Of a DNA stretch of 64,000 bases, positions 28,400 to 40,572 are shown piece after piece. Under the pieces are notes generated by a model. It was not told the DNA's origin, searched no databases, and worked only from the letters and a program-made list of their open reading frames with translations. Both the position numbers and the translations under genes were made by a program. The stretch spans positions 187,142-251,141 of the forward strand of contig JAFUBQ010000003.1 in assembly GCA_017460085.1 (NCBI GenBank). The letters run 5' to 3'. This DNA comes from Alphaproteobacteria bacterium (GTDB lineage Bacteria; Pseudomonadota; Alphaproteobacteria; RF32; CAG-239). Every line of letters begins with the position of its first letter. Position 1 is the stretch's first letter.

Positions 28400-29836
28400 T
28401 TAACGGCGCCAAAACGAAGGCACGAAAAGTGCTAATACGGTAATAATTTCTAAACGGCCGAGAAACATTGAAAACATTAAAATATATTTGGTGCTTGGCG
28501 TGAAAAAAGCAAAATTTCCTTCAGGGCCTATTGTGCTGACCGCCCCCATGCCAACGTTAGTGATGCAAGCGGTAACTGCTGCCAATGCAGTTAAAAAATC
28601 AACCCCGCACAGGCTTAATAACAAAGTTAGCAGTGCGAGGCTGATAAAAAATGAAAACAAGTAAACAAAAACAGATAATGAAACTTTATCCGACAAGTTC
28701 ATAATGCCTATTTTGAGCGGTACCACGCGGTTTGTATCAATAGCGATTAGCAATGATTTACGCAAAAAAGCATAGACAGCCTGCCAGCGGAATATTTTAA
28801 CCGAGCCACTGGTAGAGCCGGTGCAACCGCCGAAAAATGATAAAAATAAAATCAGTGCCGTTGCCCAAGAACCCCATGAAATATAATTAGAAGATACCAG
28901 TCCGGTGGTGGTAATTGTGGCAATGACCGTGAAAAATCCGTTGCGTATTGCCGTAAAAAAAGGCATTTTCATTGCAAGATATAAATAAAAAACCAAGCCG
29001 CAACTAATATAAAACACTAATTTTAAAAAAGTTCTAACCTGATGATTTTTATCGGCACTTGCTCCGCGGAAAAACAAAATATAAAAAGTCATAGGCAGTG
29101 CGCCGGTGAGCATAAACAACATTGTTGTCAGTTCAATCGGAATACTTTGAAATGCGGCGATTGAATTGTTTTTAGTTGAAAAACCGCCGGTACCGATGAC
29201 AGAAATTGCGTGATTTATGGCATCAAACCAGTTCATTCCGCACAGAATATATGCGGCACAGCAAATTCCTATCAGTAAAAAATAAACAGCCACAATGCGC
29301 TTAGCAATATAACTGAATTTGGGCATAAATTTTCCGTTAGAATCGGAATTTTCACGTTGAAACATTTGCATACCGCCAATACCTAATATGGGAAGCAAGG
29401 CAACCGCAAAAATGACAACTCCCAAACCGCCGATACCATTTAAAAGCGAGCGCCACAGCAATATGGATTTCGGTAGGGCTTCTACATCGGAAATTATCGT
29501 GGCTCCGGTGCCTGTTATACCAGACATTGATTCAAACAAAGCATCGGTTAAATTATTAACCGAGCCGAACAGTGTGAACGGCAAGGCAGCAAATATGCAA
29601 ACTAAGAGCCAACTGAGTACCGTAATCAAATATGCCTGTTTAATGCCAATACGCTCAACTTTAGTATTATTTGATAAGAAGAGGGAAAAACCGAAAAAAA
29701 TGCTAATTGCGGCAGCAGTTAAAAACGGTGACCAATCAAGATTTGTCTGCCAAATATCAAAACTTGCCGGTATCAGCATAAGCAAGCCTAATATGCCTAA
29801 AATATATCCGCTGACAGTTAGAACCGGTTGCCACAT
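28400..29836 (-). CDS. trkH: TrkH/KtrB-family potassium uptake protein
   Basis: 478 aa with repeated M-P-M selectivity-filter-like G(T/S)GG motifs. Confidence 0.85.
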   Translation of the reverse strand: MWQPVLTVSGYILGILGLLMLIPASFDIWQTNLDWSPFLTAAAISIFFGFSLFLSNNTKVERIGIKQAYLITVLSWLLVCIFAALPFTLFGSVNNLTDALFESMSGITGTGATIISDVEALPKSILLWRSLLNGIGGLGVVIFAVALLPILGIGGMQMFQRENSDSNGKFMPKFSYIAKRIVAVYFLLIGICCAAYILCGMNWFDAINHAISVIGTGGFSTKNNSIAAFQSIPIELTTMLFMLTGALPMTFYILFFRGASADKNHQVRTFLKLVFYISCGLVFYLYLAMKMPFFTAIRNGFFTVIATITTTGLVSSNYISWGSWATALILFLSFFGGCTGSTSGSVKIFRWQAVYAFLRKSLLIAIDTNRVVPLKIGIMNLSDKVSLSVFVYLFSFFISLALLTLLLSLCGVDFLTALAAVTACITNVGMGAVSTIGPEGNFAFFTPSTKYILMFSMFLGRLEIITVLALFVPSFWRR

Positions 29837-29848
29837 TTTTTTTCTCGC

Positions 29849-30751
29849 TTATTTTAGAGCAATGTTAGCGGCATATTGAGCATCAACCAACTCTTGATTA
29901 ATTAATTTACCGTCGATAAAGCACAATGCCGTTGGTGTTTGTGATTGTACAGAATATGCCACCACATCACAATGCACTGCTTTGTTATCTATAAGCTTTT
30001 CTAAATATAAGCGTGCGGCCTGCTCGTTATAAATATTAGGATTTGTATATATTCCGTATAAATAGATATAAGTATTATTTATATATAAGCTGTTAGCACC
30101 AACAACATCAACTTGACCGTAAAGCTTTTCAGATTCGGTTAAATAAATTAAATCTAAATCGCGGCGAACGGTGTAATAGTCAGCTAAATTTCCGTCATAA
30201 TACGGTTTGGTTGGTGCTTCTTGCTCATCTTCGTTTATAATTGGCTCTGCCATTTTTTCTTGTTTTGAAGCTGTTTCTTCTTTTAGCTCGGCAAAAGTCG
30301 GAGATTTGAGCGTTATCTTTTGCTTTTTAGATTTTGGCTGCTGATATTTTGTTTTATTAAATTTTGCCACATTCCATGCGGTGAAACGAATTTTTTCTTT
30401 TTTATTTTCTTCTTCTGCCTCTGTTTTTATAATTTCAGGGGCAATTTGCTCAACTTTGTCTTTAACCGAATTAACCGACTCGTTTATTTTTTGTTCTGTA
30501 GATTGGGTGATGTTTGTAACATTATTTTTAAGAACCGTTAAAAACGGATGAGTCATTTTTGCCTTATACCAAGACGGAATTTCAACAAATTTGGTGCCGG
30601 AAATAAGTGGTACGGCAATTACTATGGCTGCAACTATTAACAAACTTATAAGCAAAAATTTCCAATGCCGCAGCGGCCATGTAATAAACATAACCAGTTT
30701 ATGTATAAACCCTAAAAAACCGCTAACACGCATTTGCGCCCATTCTTTCAT
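29849..30751 (-). CDS. Membrane-anchored protein with a C-terminal thermonuclease (SNase)-like domain, probably degenerate
   Basis: N-terminal TM, then a K/E linker. C-terminal ...DGKLINQELVDAQYA resembles the SNase DGKMVNEALVRQGLA, but the catalytic D/E/R positions are not all recognisable. Confidence 0.4.
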   Translation of the reverse strand: MKEWAQMRVSGFLGFIHKLVMFITWPLRHWKFLLISLLIVAAIVIAVPLISGTKFVEIPSWYKAKMTHPFLTVLKNNVTNITQSTEQKINESVNSVKDKVEQIAPEIIKTEAEEENKKEKIRFTAWNVAKFNKTKYQQPKSKKQKITLKSPTFAELKEETASKQEKMAEPIINEDEQEAPTKPYYDGNLADYYTVRRDLDLIYLTESEKLYGQVDVVGANSLYINNTYIYLYGIYTNPNIYNEQAARLYLEKLIDNKAVHCDVVAYSVQSQTPTALCFIDGKLINQELVDAQYAANIALK

Positions 30752-32445
30752 TTTGCACCTCCGTATTTTTGTTGCAATTCTGCTGTTTTTTCCGGTGTGA
30801 TGCGTTCAAACAAAGCATCTCCAGCCACAAATTTGTGACCTGCCGGCAAAGCATTTATTTGTTCTGCCACATTAAAATTTTTCAGCGACGGTATATCTTT
30901 TTCATTTAAGCCGAATTTTGCCATTATTTTAGATGCCGTATCAGGCAATAACGGTGCGCTCAATATAGCATAAATGCGCACTAAATTTAAGCATAAGCGC
31001 AAAATGGTGGCAGCACGGGTTTCATCTTCTTTAATAACTGTCCAAGGCTCAGTTTTAGTAATATAGTTATTGCCTTCCACCCAAATAGCGCGCAGTTCGT
31101 TAACCGCTTTTCTAAATTCAAGCTCATTAAGATATTTGAAATAGTCATTAGTGCGGTTTTGAATTGCGGCAATCATTTCTTCATCAACCGGTTGCAAATC
31201 ATCGCCTACCGGAACAGCTTCGCCTAATTTTGATGCCGTCATTTTCATAACGCGTTGTGCAAAATTGCCTAAAACGCCGTTTAAATCTTTATTGATTGTA
31301 TTAACAAAACTTTCAATGGTAAATGACGAATCCGATGCTTCCGGAGCATTAGCCATTAGCCAATAGCGCCAATAGTCTGCCGGAAACTCGCTGATGGCAT
31401 CTTCGGCAAAAATGCCGCGATGTTCTGATTTGGAAAATTTTCCGCCTTCAAAAGTGAGATAACTGAAACCTTTCAAATAATCCACCTTCGTCCAATTTTC
31501 TCCGGTGCCGATCATGGTTGCCGGAAAAGTGATGGAATGGTATGGAACGTTATCTTTACCCATAAATTCCACATAGCGTATATCTTTGGCATCAACCCAC
31601 CAATCTTTCCAGTTGCGTTCAGAAGGTTTTTCATCGGACCATTGCTTAGTAATACCGATGTAGCCGATTGGAGCATCAAACCACACATAAAAAACTTTGT
31701 CTTCATAACCGGCTTTATTAACCGGAAAACCCCACTTCAAATCGCGCGTAATGCAACGTGGCTGCAAGCCCTCTTTGAGCCATTTTTTGGCAATGGAATA
31801 AGCAACATCAGGCCAAAAAGCCTCTTTAGTTTTAAGCCATTCTTCCAGTTGCGGCTCTATTTTCGGTAGGTTCAAAAACAGGTGCTTTGTTTCACGCACT
31901 TCCAAATTAGTGCTGCCGGAAATGGTGCTACGAGCATTGATTAAATCGGTAGGTTCTAAAACTTTAGTGCAGTTTTCGCATTGGTCGCCGCGGGCTTTTT
32001 CGTAGCCGCAATGCGGACAGGTTCCGGTAATAAAACGGTCAGCCAAAAACATCTTATCATCTATCGAATATATTTGTTTCATGGTTTTTTCGGTGATAAA
32101 GCCGTTTTTATCAAGCTGTTCAAAAATGTGATAAACTATTTCTTGGTTTTGCTTGCTTGAAGTGCGGCCAAAATAGTCAAAAGAAAGATTAAAATCTTTA
32201 TATGTCTGCGCATGGTTGGTGTGATATTTATTGCAATATTCTTCCACCTGCATACCTTCTTTCAAAGCGCCGACTTCAGAAGCAGTACCATGTTCGTCGG
32301 TTCCGCAAATGTATAAAACCTCATTACCCATCATTCGCATATAGCGCGCATAAACATCAGAGGGCAACAAACAGCCGACCATATGCCCTAAATGCGGGAC
32401 ACCGTTAATATACGGCAGAGCGGAAGTAATTAAGATTTTAGACAT
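30748..32445 (-). CDS. metG: Methionyl-tRNA synthetase, short form without the C-terminal tRNA-binding domain
   Basis: HLGH (HIGH) and KFSKS motifs and zinc knuckle cysteines (CPHCG...CENC). GGAGG RBS. Confidence 0.9.
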   Translation of the reverse strand: MSKILITSALPYINGVPHLGHMVGCLLPSDVYARYMRMMGNEVLYICGTDEHGTASEVGALKEGMQVEEYCNKYHTNHAQTYKDFNLSFDYFGRTSSKQNQEIVYHIFEQLDKNGFITEKTMKQIYSIDDKMFLADRFITGTCPHCGYEKARGDQCENCTKVLEPTDLINARSTISGSTNLEVRETKHLFLNLPKIEPQLEEWLKTKEAFWPDVAYSIAKKWLKEGLQPRCITRDLKWGFPVNKAGYEDKVFYVWFDAPIGYIGITKQWSDEKPSERNWKDWWVDAKDIRYVEFMGKDNVPYHSITFPATMIGTGENWTKVDYLKGFSYLTFEGGKFSKSEHRGIFAEDAISEFPADYWRYWLMANAPEASDSSFTIESFVNTINKDLNGVLGNFAQRVMKMTASKLGEAVPVGDDLQPVDEEMIAAIQNRTNDYFKYLNELEFRKAVNELRAIWVEGNNYITKTEPWTVIKEDETRAATILRLCLNLVRIYAILSAPLLPDTASKIMAKFGLNEKDIPSLKNFNVAEQINALPAGHKFVAGDALFERITPEKTAELQQKYGGAK

Positions 32446-32621
32446 TTAAGCAAGCCTCCTTAACAATTGAATTTTTCTATTTTGATGCAATGGATTTTAT
32501 CTTATTTTTGTAAAAGCGCAAGCAAAAAAGCATAATAGCGCAAATTTTGATGCTGTTTTTTGGGATATATTGGCAGTTTTTTAGGTTATTTAAATGTTAC
32601 AATTTAGTAACTTTTTGTGTG

Positions 32622-32650
32622 TTGCGCTACGTTTAAAAGCGCAGTATATT
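32622..32650 (+). promoter_or_regulatory. Putative sigma70 promoter for the DegT-family gene
   Basis: TTGCGC-N17-TATATT sits 40 nt upstream of the ATG. Confidence 0.45.
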
Positions 32651-32689
32651 CTTTTGCAGTTGAACATTTTTTGAAAAGGATTTTTTAAT

Positions 32690-33850
32690 ATGACAAATAA
32701 ACCGAGTGAACCGATTATGCTGTTTGATTGCGCAACCACACAAAAGAAAATCGGACAAGAAAAATTTTTAGATGCTTTTAAAAATATATTAAATCACGGT
32801 GCTTATTGCCAAGGGCCGGAAACTAAAGAGTTGGATGTAAAACTTGCCGAATATGCCGGAACTAAATATTGTTCCACTTGCGGTTCAGGTACTGATGCCT
32901 TAACTTTGGCTTTAATGGCTTGGGATGTTAAGGCAGGCGATGCTGTTTTTGTTTCTTCGTTTACCTTTGTAGCTTCGGCTGAAGCACCGGTTTTGTTAGG
33001 TGCAACTCCGATTTTTGTTGATTCGGATCCGAATACATACAATATGGATGTTAATGATTTGAAACGTGCCATTGCAGCTGTTAAAGCTGAGGGAAAATTG
33101 AATTTGAAAGCCGTTATTGCCGTAGATATTTTCGGTTCTCCGTGCGATTATGATGAAATTATCAAAATTGCACATGAAAACGGTATGAAAGTTCTTTCCG
33201 ATTCTTGTCAGAGTTTCGGCTCAATATATCATGGTCATAATGCCGGTTCTATTGCTGATATGAGCGCAACTTCATTTTATCCTACAAAACCATTAGGCGG
33301 ATATGGTGATGGCGGCGCCGTGTTCACCAATTCTGAAGCAGAAAACGCGTTAGTACAATCTTGTCGTGTTCATGGAATGAGTCCGGAAGACCACTACGAT
33401 AATGTTCGTTTAGGTATGACCGGTCGTATGAATTCGTTCCAAGGAGCAGTTTTGCTGTTGAAGCTTACTCAATTTAAGCAAGAATTAGAAAATCGTTATA
33501 AAGTGGCTAAGCGCTATGATAATGAACTCAGCTCATATTTCGGCAAACAAAAAGTTTTAGATAATTGCCGTTCGGCTTATGCGCTTTATACCATTACCTG
33601 CGAAGATCGTGATGAGCTGATGACCTATCTGAAGGCAAACGGAATTCCTTGCGGTGCATATTATCCGCGTCCGGTAAATACACAAACAGCTTATGCAAAA
33701 TGGAATACACGTTCATTGCCAGTTTGTGAAAAACTTTCTAAAACAGTATGCAGCTTGCCGATGACACCGTATTTGACCGACGAACAAATGAGCTACATTA
33801 TTGAAAAAATGAATGAATTTGCCGCTACTAAAATGAATAAGGCCGCATAA
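32690..33850 (+). CDS. DegT/DnrJ/EryC1/StrS-family PLP-dependent sugar aminotransferase
   Basis: 386 aa with the family fold and a PLP-lysine region. It stands alone, with no partner sugar-modifying genes nearby. Confidence 0.8.
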   Translation: MTNKPSEPIMLFDCATTQKKIGQEKFLDAFKNILNHGAYCQGPETKELDVKLAEYAGTKYCSTCGSGTDALTLALMAWDVKAGDAVFVSSFTFVASAEAPVLLGATPIFVDSDPNTYNMDVNDLKRAIAAVKAEGKLNLKAVIAVDIFGSPCDYDEIIKIAHENGMKVLSDSCQSFGSIYHGHNAGSIADMSATSFYPTKPLGGYGDGGAVFTNSEAENALVQSCRVHGMSPEDHYDNVRLGMTGRMNSFQGAVLLLKLTQFKQELENRYKVAKRYDNELSSYFGKQKVLDNCRSAYALYTITCEDRDELMTYLKANGIPCGAYYPRPVNTQTAYAKWNTRSLPVCEKLSKTVCSLPMTPYLTDEQMSYIIEKMNEFAATKMNKAA

Positions 33851-34004
33851 ATTATTTTTTTGTGATGTTTTACTATCTGCAACAGCTTGTTTATACAGGC
33901 TGTTGTATTTTTAATGATTTTTTTTGCATGCACTTATTGACTTTAGATTTTTGCAACACTAACTAAACAATTAGTCTAATAAATTTTTGATGGAGTTAAA
34001 ACAA

Positions 34005-35952
<1,948 letters not shown>

Positions 35953-35978
35953 TCGGAAATTAAATAAAATACAGAAAA

Positions 35979-36017
35979 ATATCCCTTCAAAGCTGTGGGT
36001 TTTGAGGGGATATTTTT
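35979..36017. terminator. Bidirectional intrinsic terminator between groEL and tadA
   Basis: ATATCCCTTCAAA-N9-TTTGAGGGGATAT followed by TTTTT. Confidence 0.7.
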
Positions 36018-36477
36018 AGCTTTTCTTTCTCTTTTTTGCAAAAAAATCTTTTAAAATGCGACCGCATAAATCAGCGCAAATTCCTCCTTCAACCGTTGGG
36101 CGGTGATGACATGTTGCCGCTTCATAAAATTTGACGCCGCTGATAATTGCCCCACCTTTGGTATCGGCTGCGCCAAAATAAACATGCTCTATACGGGCAA
36201 ATGAAATTGCCGCTGCACACATAGTGCAGGGTTCAAGTGTAATATACATATCCATACCCCACAAACGATTGGTTTTAAGTTTGCGGCAAGCTTGCTGAAT
36301 GGCTAAAATTTCAGCATGAGCTGTTGCATCACCGTTATGGGCACTTTGGTTAGAGGCAGAGGCAATAATTTCGCCGTTTTGCGGATTAACTATCAGAGCG
36401 CCTACGGGGACTTCATCGGCAGCCGCGGCAATATTAGCCAATTTTATTGCTTCAAGCATATAATCTTCTTTATTCAT
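36016..36477 (-). CDS. tadA: tRNA-specific adenosine deaminase
   Basis: HAE...PCxMC zinc motifs (HAEILAI, EPCTMCAAAI). Confidence 0.85.
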   Translation of the reverse strand: MNKEDYMLEAIKLANIAAAADEVPVGALIVNPQNGEIIASASNQSAHNGDATAHAEILAIQQACRKLKTNRLWGMDMYITLEPCTMCAAAISFARIEHVYFGAADTKGGAIISGVKFYEAATCHHRPTVEGGICADLCGRILKDFFAKKRKKS

Positions 36478-36542
36478 AAATTCACCTTTTTTTCACATTT
36501 TGCGGTTATTGTAACAATAAAACAGTTTAAATGGAAGTAAAA

Positions 36543-37265
36543 ATGGCGGAAAGATTAGCAAAATTTATGGCACGATGCGGTGTTTGTTCACGTCGTGATG
36601 CCGAAGAAATGATAAAACAAAAACGTATTACGGTTAATGGTGAAATTGTTGAAACGCCGGCATTTAATGTGTCGGGAGAAGAAAAAATTTTGCTTGATGG
36701 CGAAAATTTGCCGGTTATACCAAAAACCAGATTGTGGCTTTATCATAAACCGGTTGGCCTTTTAACAACGCATAAAGACAGTGCCAACCGTGCTACGGTT
36801 TTTGAAAATTTGCCGCAGGATATGCCAAGAGTTATCAGTGTGGGACGCTTGGATTTGAATTCGGAGGGTTTGCTTTTGCTAACAAATAACGGCGAGCTTT
36901 CGCGCCAACTTGAATTGCCGCAAAATGCGTGGAGCCGCCGCTATAAAGTTCGGGTACACGGTTATGTTGATTCCAAAAAATTAGCAAAGCTGGCACAAGG
37001 AGTGGAAATTGACGGTGTGCAATATGGTTCGGTGCAAGCACAGCTTGAAAGCCAAAACGGGACAAACAGCTGGATTTTGGTGACATTAAGCGAAGGGAAA
37101 AATCGTGAAGTTCGCAAATTAATGAAGTTTATCGGCTTGGAAGTTGCAAGACTTATTCGCTTATCATATGGTCCGTTTCAGCTAGGAAGTTTGAAAAAAG
37201 GCGAAGTAAGAGAAGTGCCGCAAAAAGTTTTAAGAGAACAGCTTGGAAGTAAATTTAAATTATGA
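36543..37265 (+). CDS. Pseudouridine synthase, RsuA/RluB family with an S4 domain
   Basis: ERLAKFMARCGVCSRR S4 motif and an RLDxxSEGLLLLTNNGEL catalytic Asp region. The track ORF starts 4 codons earlier. Confidence 0.8.
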   Translation: MAERLAKFMARCGVCSRRDAEEMIKQKRITVNGEIVETPAFNVSGEEKILLDGENLPVIPKTRLWLYHKPVGLLTTHKDSANRATVFENLPQDMPRVISVGRLDLNSEGLLLLTNNGELSRQLELPQNAWSRRYKVRVHGYVDSKKLAKLAQGVEIDGVQYGSVQAQLESQNGTNSWILVTLSEGKNREVRKLMKFIGLEVARLIRLSYGPFQLGSLKKGEVREVPQKVLREQLGSKFKL

Positions 37266-37819
37266 GAATAGTCGGAGGAAAATATCGCGGAAAAAAGCTG
37301 TGGTCGCCAGATGGAAAACTTGTGCGTCCCACGGCAGAGCGAGCGCGAGAAGCTGTTTTTAATATTTTATATTCATATTGGCAAGGGGAGTATGAAAATT
37401 TTGATATGGCCGATATCTTTGCCGGTACCGGTGCTTTTGGATTAGAAGCTGTTTCGCGCGGTTTTCGCAGCGCCACATTTGTTGATATTGAGCCAAAAAT
37501 CGTGCAGCGCAATGCCGAATTATTTCCGGCAGAACAGGAAAAATTTTTTATTATTAAAGCAAATGCTTTGAATTTGCCGCGTTTGCCACGGCAGTTTAAA
37601 CTTATTTTTATGGATGCTCCTTATAACAAGGGATTAAGCGAAAATGTTTTAGCGGAATTAATTGCAAAAAATTGGCTAAATGATGACGCACTTTGTATTG
37701 TTGAAGTTCAGGAAAACGAAGATTTGATGTTGCCGCCGGAATTACAAATTGCAGATATTCGCCGCTATGGTTTGGCAAAAATTTTGTTTTTACAAAAGCA
37801 AGTGAAGAAAGGAATTTAA
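37262..37819 (+). CDS. rsmD: 16S rRNA (guanine966-N2)-methyltransferase
   Basis: DIFAGTGAFGLEAVSRG SAM motif and a DAPY motif. Confidence 0.8.
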   Translation: MRIVGGKYRGKKLWSPDGKLVRPTAERAREAVFNILYSYWQGEYENFDMADIFAGTGAFGLEAVSRGFRSATFVDIEPKIVQRNAELFPAEQEKFFIIKANALNLPRLPRQFKLIFMDAPYNKGLSENVLAELIAKNWLNDDALCIVEVQENEDLMLPPELQIADIRRYGLAKILFLQKQVKKGI

Positions 37820-37821
37820 TT

Positions 37822-38976
37822 ATGCAAGAGGAAAATACTTTAGTGATGAATATGGGAACAAATGCTGAAAAAAAATCGGCATGGCGATATTTTGTGGAAT
37901 GTATCAGCAAAAAATATTGCTGCTTTAAGGGAAGGGCAAATCGCAAGGAATTTTGGGGATTTGTTTTTTATTGTTTTTTGTTTACGCTGATTGTATCGGC
38001 GGCGCTTAATTTGCTATTAAAAGACGATACAATCATCGGCTATGCTGAAAATGTATGGTCTTTTGCTTTATTGTTGCCTTATTTAGGTGTTATTGTTCGG
38101 CGTTTGCATGATGTCGGATTTTCCGGTAAATGGTTTTTAGGATTTTTGCTTCTTGTATTTATGGTTGCCATTTTTACCGCAGCATTTTCCGTAATGAAAA
38201 AAATGGGGTCGGAAGTTTCTAGCAATGCAAATTTTGTTAAAACAGCAAGTTTTGGTGTTTTGAGTATTGTGATGCTTGGCATGTTTATATTCTTGCTGGT
38301 ATGTATGTTTTTACCGGGGCAAAAAAAGGTCAACAAATATGGAGCAATATCAGAGAGCGGAGAAAAACATTGGTTTTGGTATATGCTTGCATACATACTT
38401 TTTGTTTGGGGTTTTGTTTTTAGTGTAGGTTTTATCAGCGGGTATTCAAAAGCTACGTTTCGCATACGCTTAAATGGTATAATTGACCAAACTGCATTTT
38501 TGGTTGACGGAGCAAGAACTTTATATAGCGGAAAAACAAGCTATGCGGGAATTAATATGGAAAAACTGGCTGCTGCCGGAGGTATAAGTGAGCAACTTGT
38601 GCAAAATTCTGAAGGAAATTTTGCTCTGATTAATCCTTATGGCGGTTTGACCGAAATTATGGTTGGTAATAAAGCTGAAAATGGAGATGATAAAGCAATT
38701 TTAGTTAAGTTTACCGAAGTTCCAGCAGCAAGTTGTATGGCTTTGAGCAAATTCTCTTGGGGTAATTTGCAAACTGGATTTATAGCTTTGCTGGCAGATG
38801 ACGGAACGCCAATGTATGATAAATACATTGATTTTGCTACGATAAACAGTTGTCAAAGTGTTGCTCAATTCAAATATATGTTGGTTTGCGGCGACGATGC
38901 TGATTTTAGGGCAAAAATAGATGAAAATGCAGCTTGTCAGGGAGATAAAAACACCATAATTCTCAAATTTTTCTAA
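37822..38976 (+). CDS. DUF805 (YhaH-like) inner-membrane domain fused to a TM-anchored Cys-containing C-terminal domain, possibly pilin-like
   Basis: N-terminal half shows GRANRKEFWGF...RRLHDVGFSGKW...KVNKYG DUF805 signatures. It is followed by an extra TM and a 180-aa soluble domain with two Cys pairs. Confidence 0.5.
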   Translation: MQEENTLVMNMGTNAEKKSAWRYFVECISKKYCCFKGRANRKEFWGFVFYCFLFTLIVSAALNLLLKDDTIIGYAENVWSFALLLPYLGVIVRRLHDVGFSGKWFLGFLLLVFMVAIFTAAFSVMKKMGSEVSSNANFVKTASFGVLSIVMLGMFIFLLVCMFLPGQKKVNKYGAISESGEKHWFWYMLAYILFVWGFVFSVGFISGYSKATFRIRLNGIIDQTAFLVDGARTLYSGKTSYAGINMEKLAAAGGISEQLVQNSEGNFALINPYGGLTEIMVGNKAENGDDKAILVKFTEVPAASCMALSKFSWGNLQTGFIALLADDGTPMYDKYIDFATINSCQSVAQFKYMLVCGDDADFRAKIDENAACQGDKNTIILKFF

Positions 38977-40295
38977 TGCTGCAAAAAAAGGAATACGAAG
39001 TGAATAATAAAGTTTTGCTATATTGTCGTTTTGTAATTGCGCTGGCGGTTGCTGTTGTTTGCGGATTGGCTTTTTGGGGGCATATTTATCCACTGCATAT
39101 TTTTGATGCACAGTTTACTGCGGCGCTGCAAAGCGGCATTGTTTCCGGTTTGGGATTAAGCGTAGTTTTGTTGCTGTTGGTGGTTTTGTTCACCTTGCTG
39201 TTCGGGCGAATTTATTGCTCAACATTATGTCCGTTGGGAATATATCAGGAATTGCTGACAATTTTATTTAAGCCGTTTTATAAAAAACGCAAATTTGCGG
39301 TGCAAAAACATTATGTTTGGGCATATACTTTAGCGGCAGTATTGTTTGGAACATTGTTTGGCGGCACTGCTGTTTTGCTAAGAATGCTTGATCCGTATTC
39401 TGTTGTCGGAAATGCAATGAGCGGGGCAATCTTCGGATTAGGATTTATACTGGCCTTAACGGTTTTAGTGTTTTTTAAAAAACGTTTTTTTTGCACAAAC
39501 ATTTGTCCGGTCGGAGCAATTTTAGGTTTTATTTCCCGCTTTTCCTTATTTAAAATCCGCATTGATGCAGATAAATGCAAAATGTGTAGTTTATGCGCCA
39601 GTTCTTGCCCGTGCGGCTCAATAGATTTTAAAAATCGGTCGGTTAATAATGAAACTTGTGTGAAATGTTTTAAATGTTTGGTACATTGTAGCCACGGAGC
39701 TTTATATTACGGTTTGCCTAAAGCCAAAAAAGTTGAGTTCAATGCAAGCCGCCGGCAAATAATTAAGGCCGGATTGGTTTTAGCAATTTTTGGAGCGGCA
39801 TTTAGAGGCGGAATTGATTTATCTAAAAAAGCGGCGGCAAAAGTTAAACAAGCTATTTTACCGGCAGGGAGCAGAAATGCGGCAGATTTTGCTAATCGCT
39901 GCCTAAATTGTAATTTATGTGTACAAAATTGCCCGATGAAAATTATTAAGCCGGCAACAGCGGAAACGCCGTTTGTGCATTTGGATTATAACGGCTATTT
40001 TTGCGATTATAATTGTCATCAATGTTCTTTAAGCTGCCCAAGCGGCGCAATTGAACATATTACATTGGCGCAAAAACAAAACACTAAAATTGCTAATGCG
40101 GTTGTCGATGAAGATATGTGCGTCAAATGCGGTTTGTGTGCGGGAGAATGTCCGCGGCATATTATTATTAAGGAAGACGGAAAATATCCGCTGATTCGTT
40201 TTGATGAGTGTATTGGTTGCGGGGCATGTGCTGCCGTATGTCCGGTGAAAGCCATTAAAATTGAACCGGTGGCAAAGCAAGTTAAATTATATTAA
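38976..40295 (+). CDS. Membrane-bound polyferredoxin (NapH/MauN/CcoG/YccM-like) with 2 CxxxCP plus 6 [4Fe-4S] motifs
   Basis: TM-embedded CSTLCPLG and CTNICPVG, then six CxxCxxCxxxC(P) clusters. Its start overlaps the stop of the upstream gene. Confidence 0.6.
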   Translation: MLQKKEYEVNNKVLLYCRFVIALAVAVVCGLAFWGHIYPLHIFDAQFTAALQSGIVSGLGLSVVLLLLVVLFTLLFGRIYCSTLCPLGIYQELLTILFKPFYKKRKFAVQKHYVWAYTLAAVLFGTLFGGTAVLLRMLDPYSVVGNAMSGAIFGLGFILALTVLVFFKKRFFCTNICPVGAILGFISRFSLFKIRIDADKCKMCSLCASSCPCGSIDFKNRSVNNETCVKCFKCLVHCSHGALYYGLPKAKKVEFNASRRQIIKAGLVLAIFGAAFRGGIDLSKKAAAKVKQAILPAGSRNAADFANRCLNCNLCVQNCPMKIIKPATAETPFVHLDYNGYFCDYNCHQCSLSCPSGAIEHITLAQKQNTKIANAVVDEDMCVKCGLCAGECPRHIIIKEDGKYPLIRFDECIGCGACAAVCPVKAIKIEPVAKQVKLY

Positions 40296-40305
40296 GGAGG
40301 AAAAA

Positions 40306-40572
40306 ATGTCATTAGGTGTAACAGAAATAATTTTAATTTTAGTAGTGGTTTTGGTGCTTTTCGGCGGTAAAAAAATACCGGAGTTAGCGCGCGGTTTGGG
40401 CAAAGCGCAGGCTGAATATAAAAAAGCCAAAGAAATGATAGAAAATGAAGTAAGCGAATTTAAGGCAGAAGCCGAAAAAGCCGCAACTGAAGAAACAAAG
40501 AAAAAAACGGTTAGAAAAACTGCAACAAAAAAGCCGGCAATAAAAAAGACAAGCGCAAAATCTAAAAAATAA
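40306..40572 (+). CDS. tatA: Twin-arginine translocase subunit TatA
   Basis: [46 protein letters not shown]-rich tail. Confidence 0.8.
   Translation: MSLGVTEIILILVVVLVLFGGKKIPELARGLGKAQAEYKKAKEMIENEVSEFKAEAEKAATEETKKKTVRKTATKKPAIKKTSAKSKK

Noticed and set aside
33930-34004. Looked for a CIRCE element (TTAGCACTC-N9-GAGTGCTAA) upstream of groES
   Set aside because: No match. Only a sigma70-like TTGACT-N17-TAACTA was seen, so HrcA control is not supported here.
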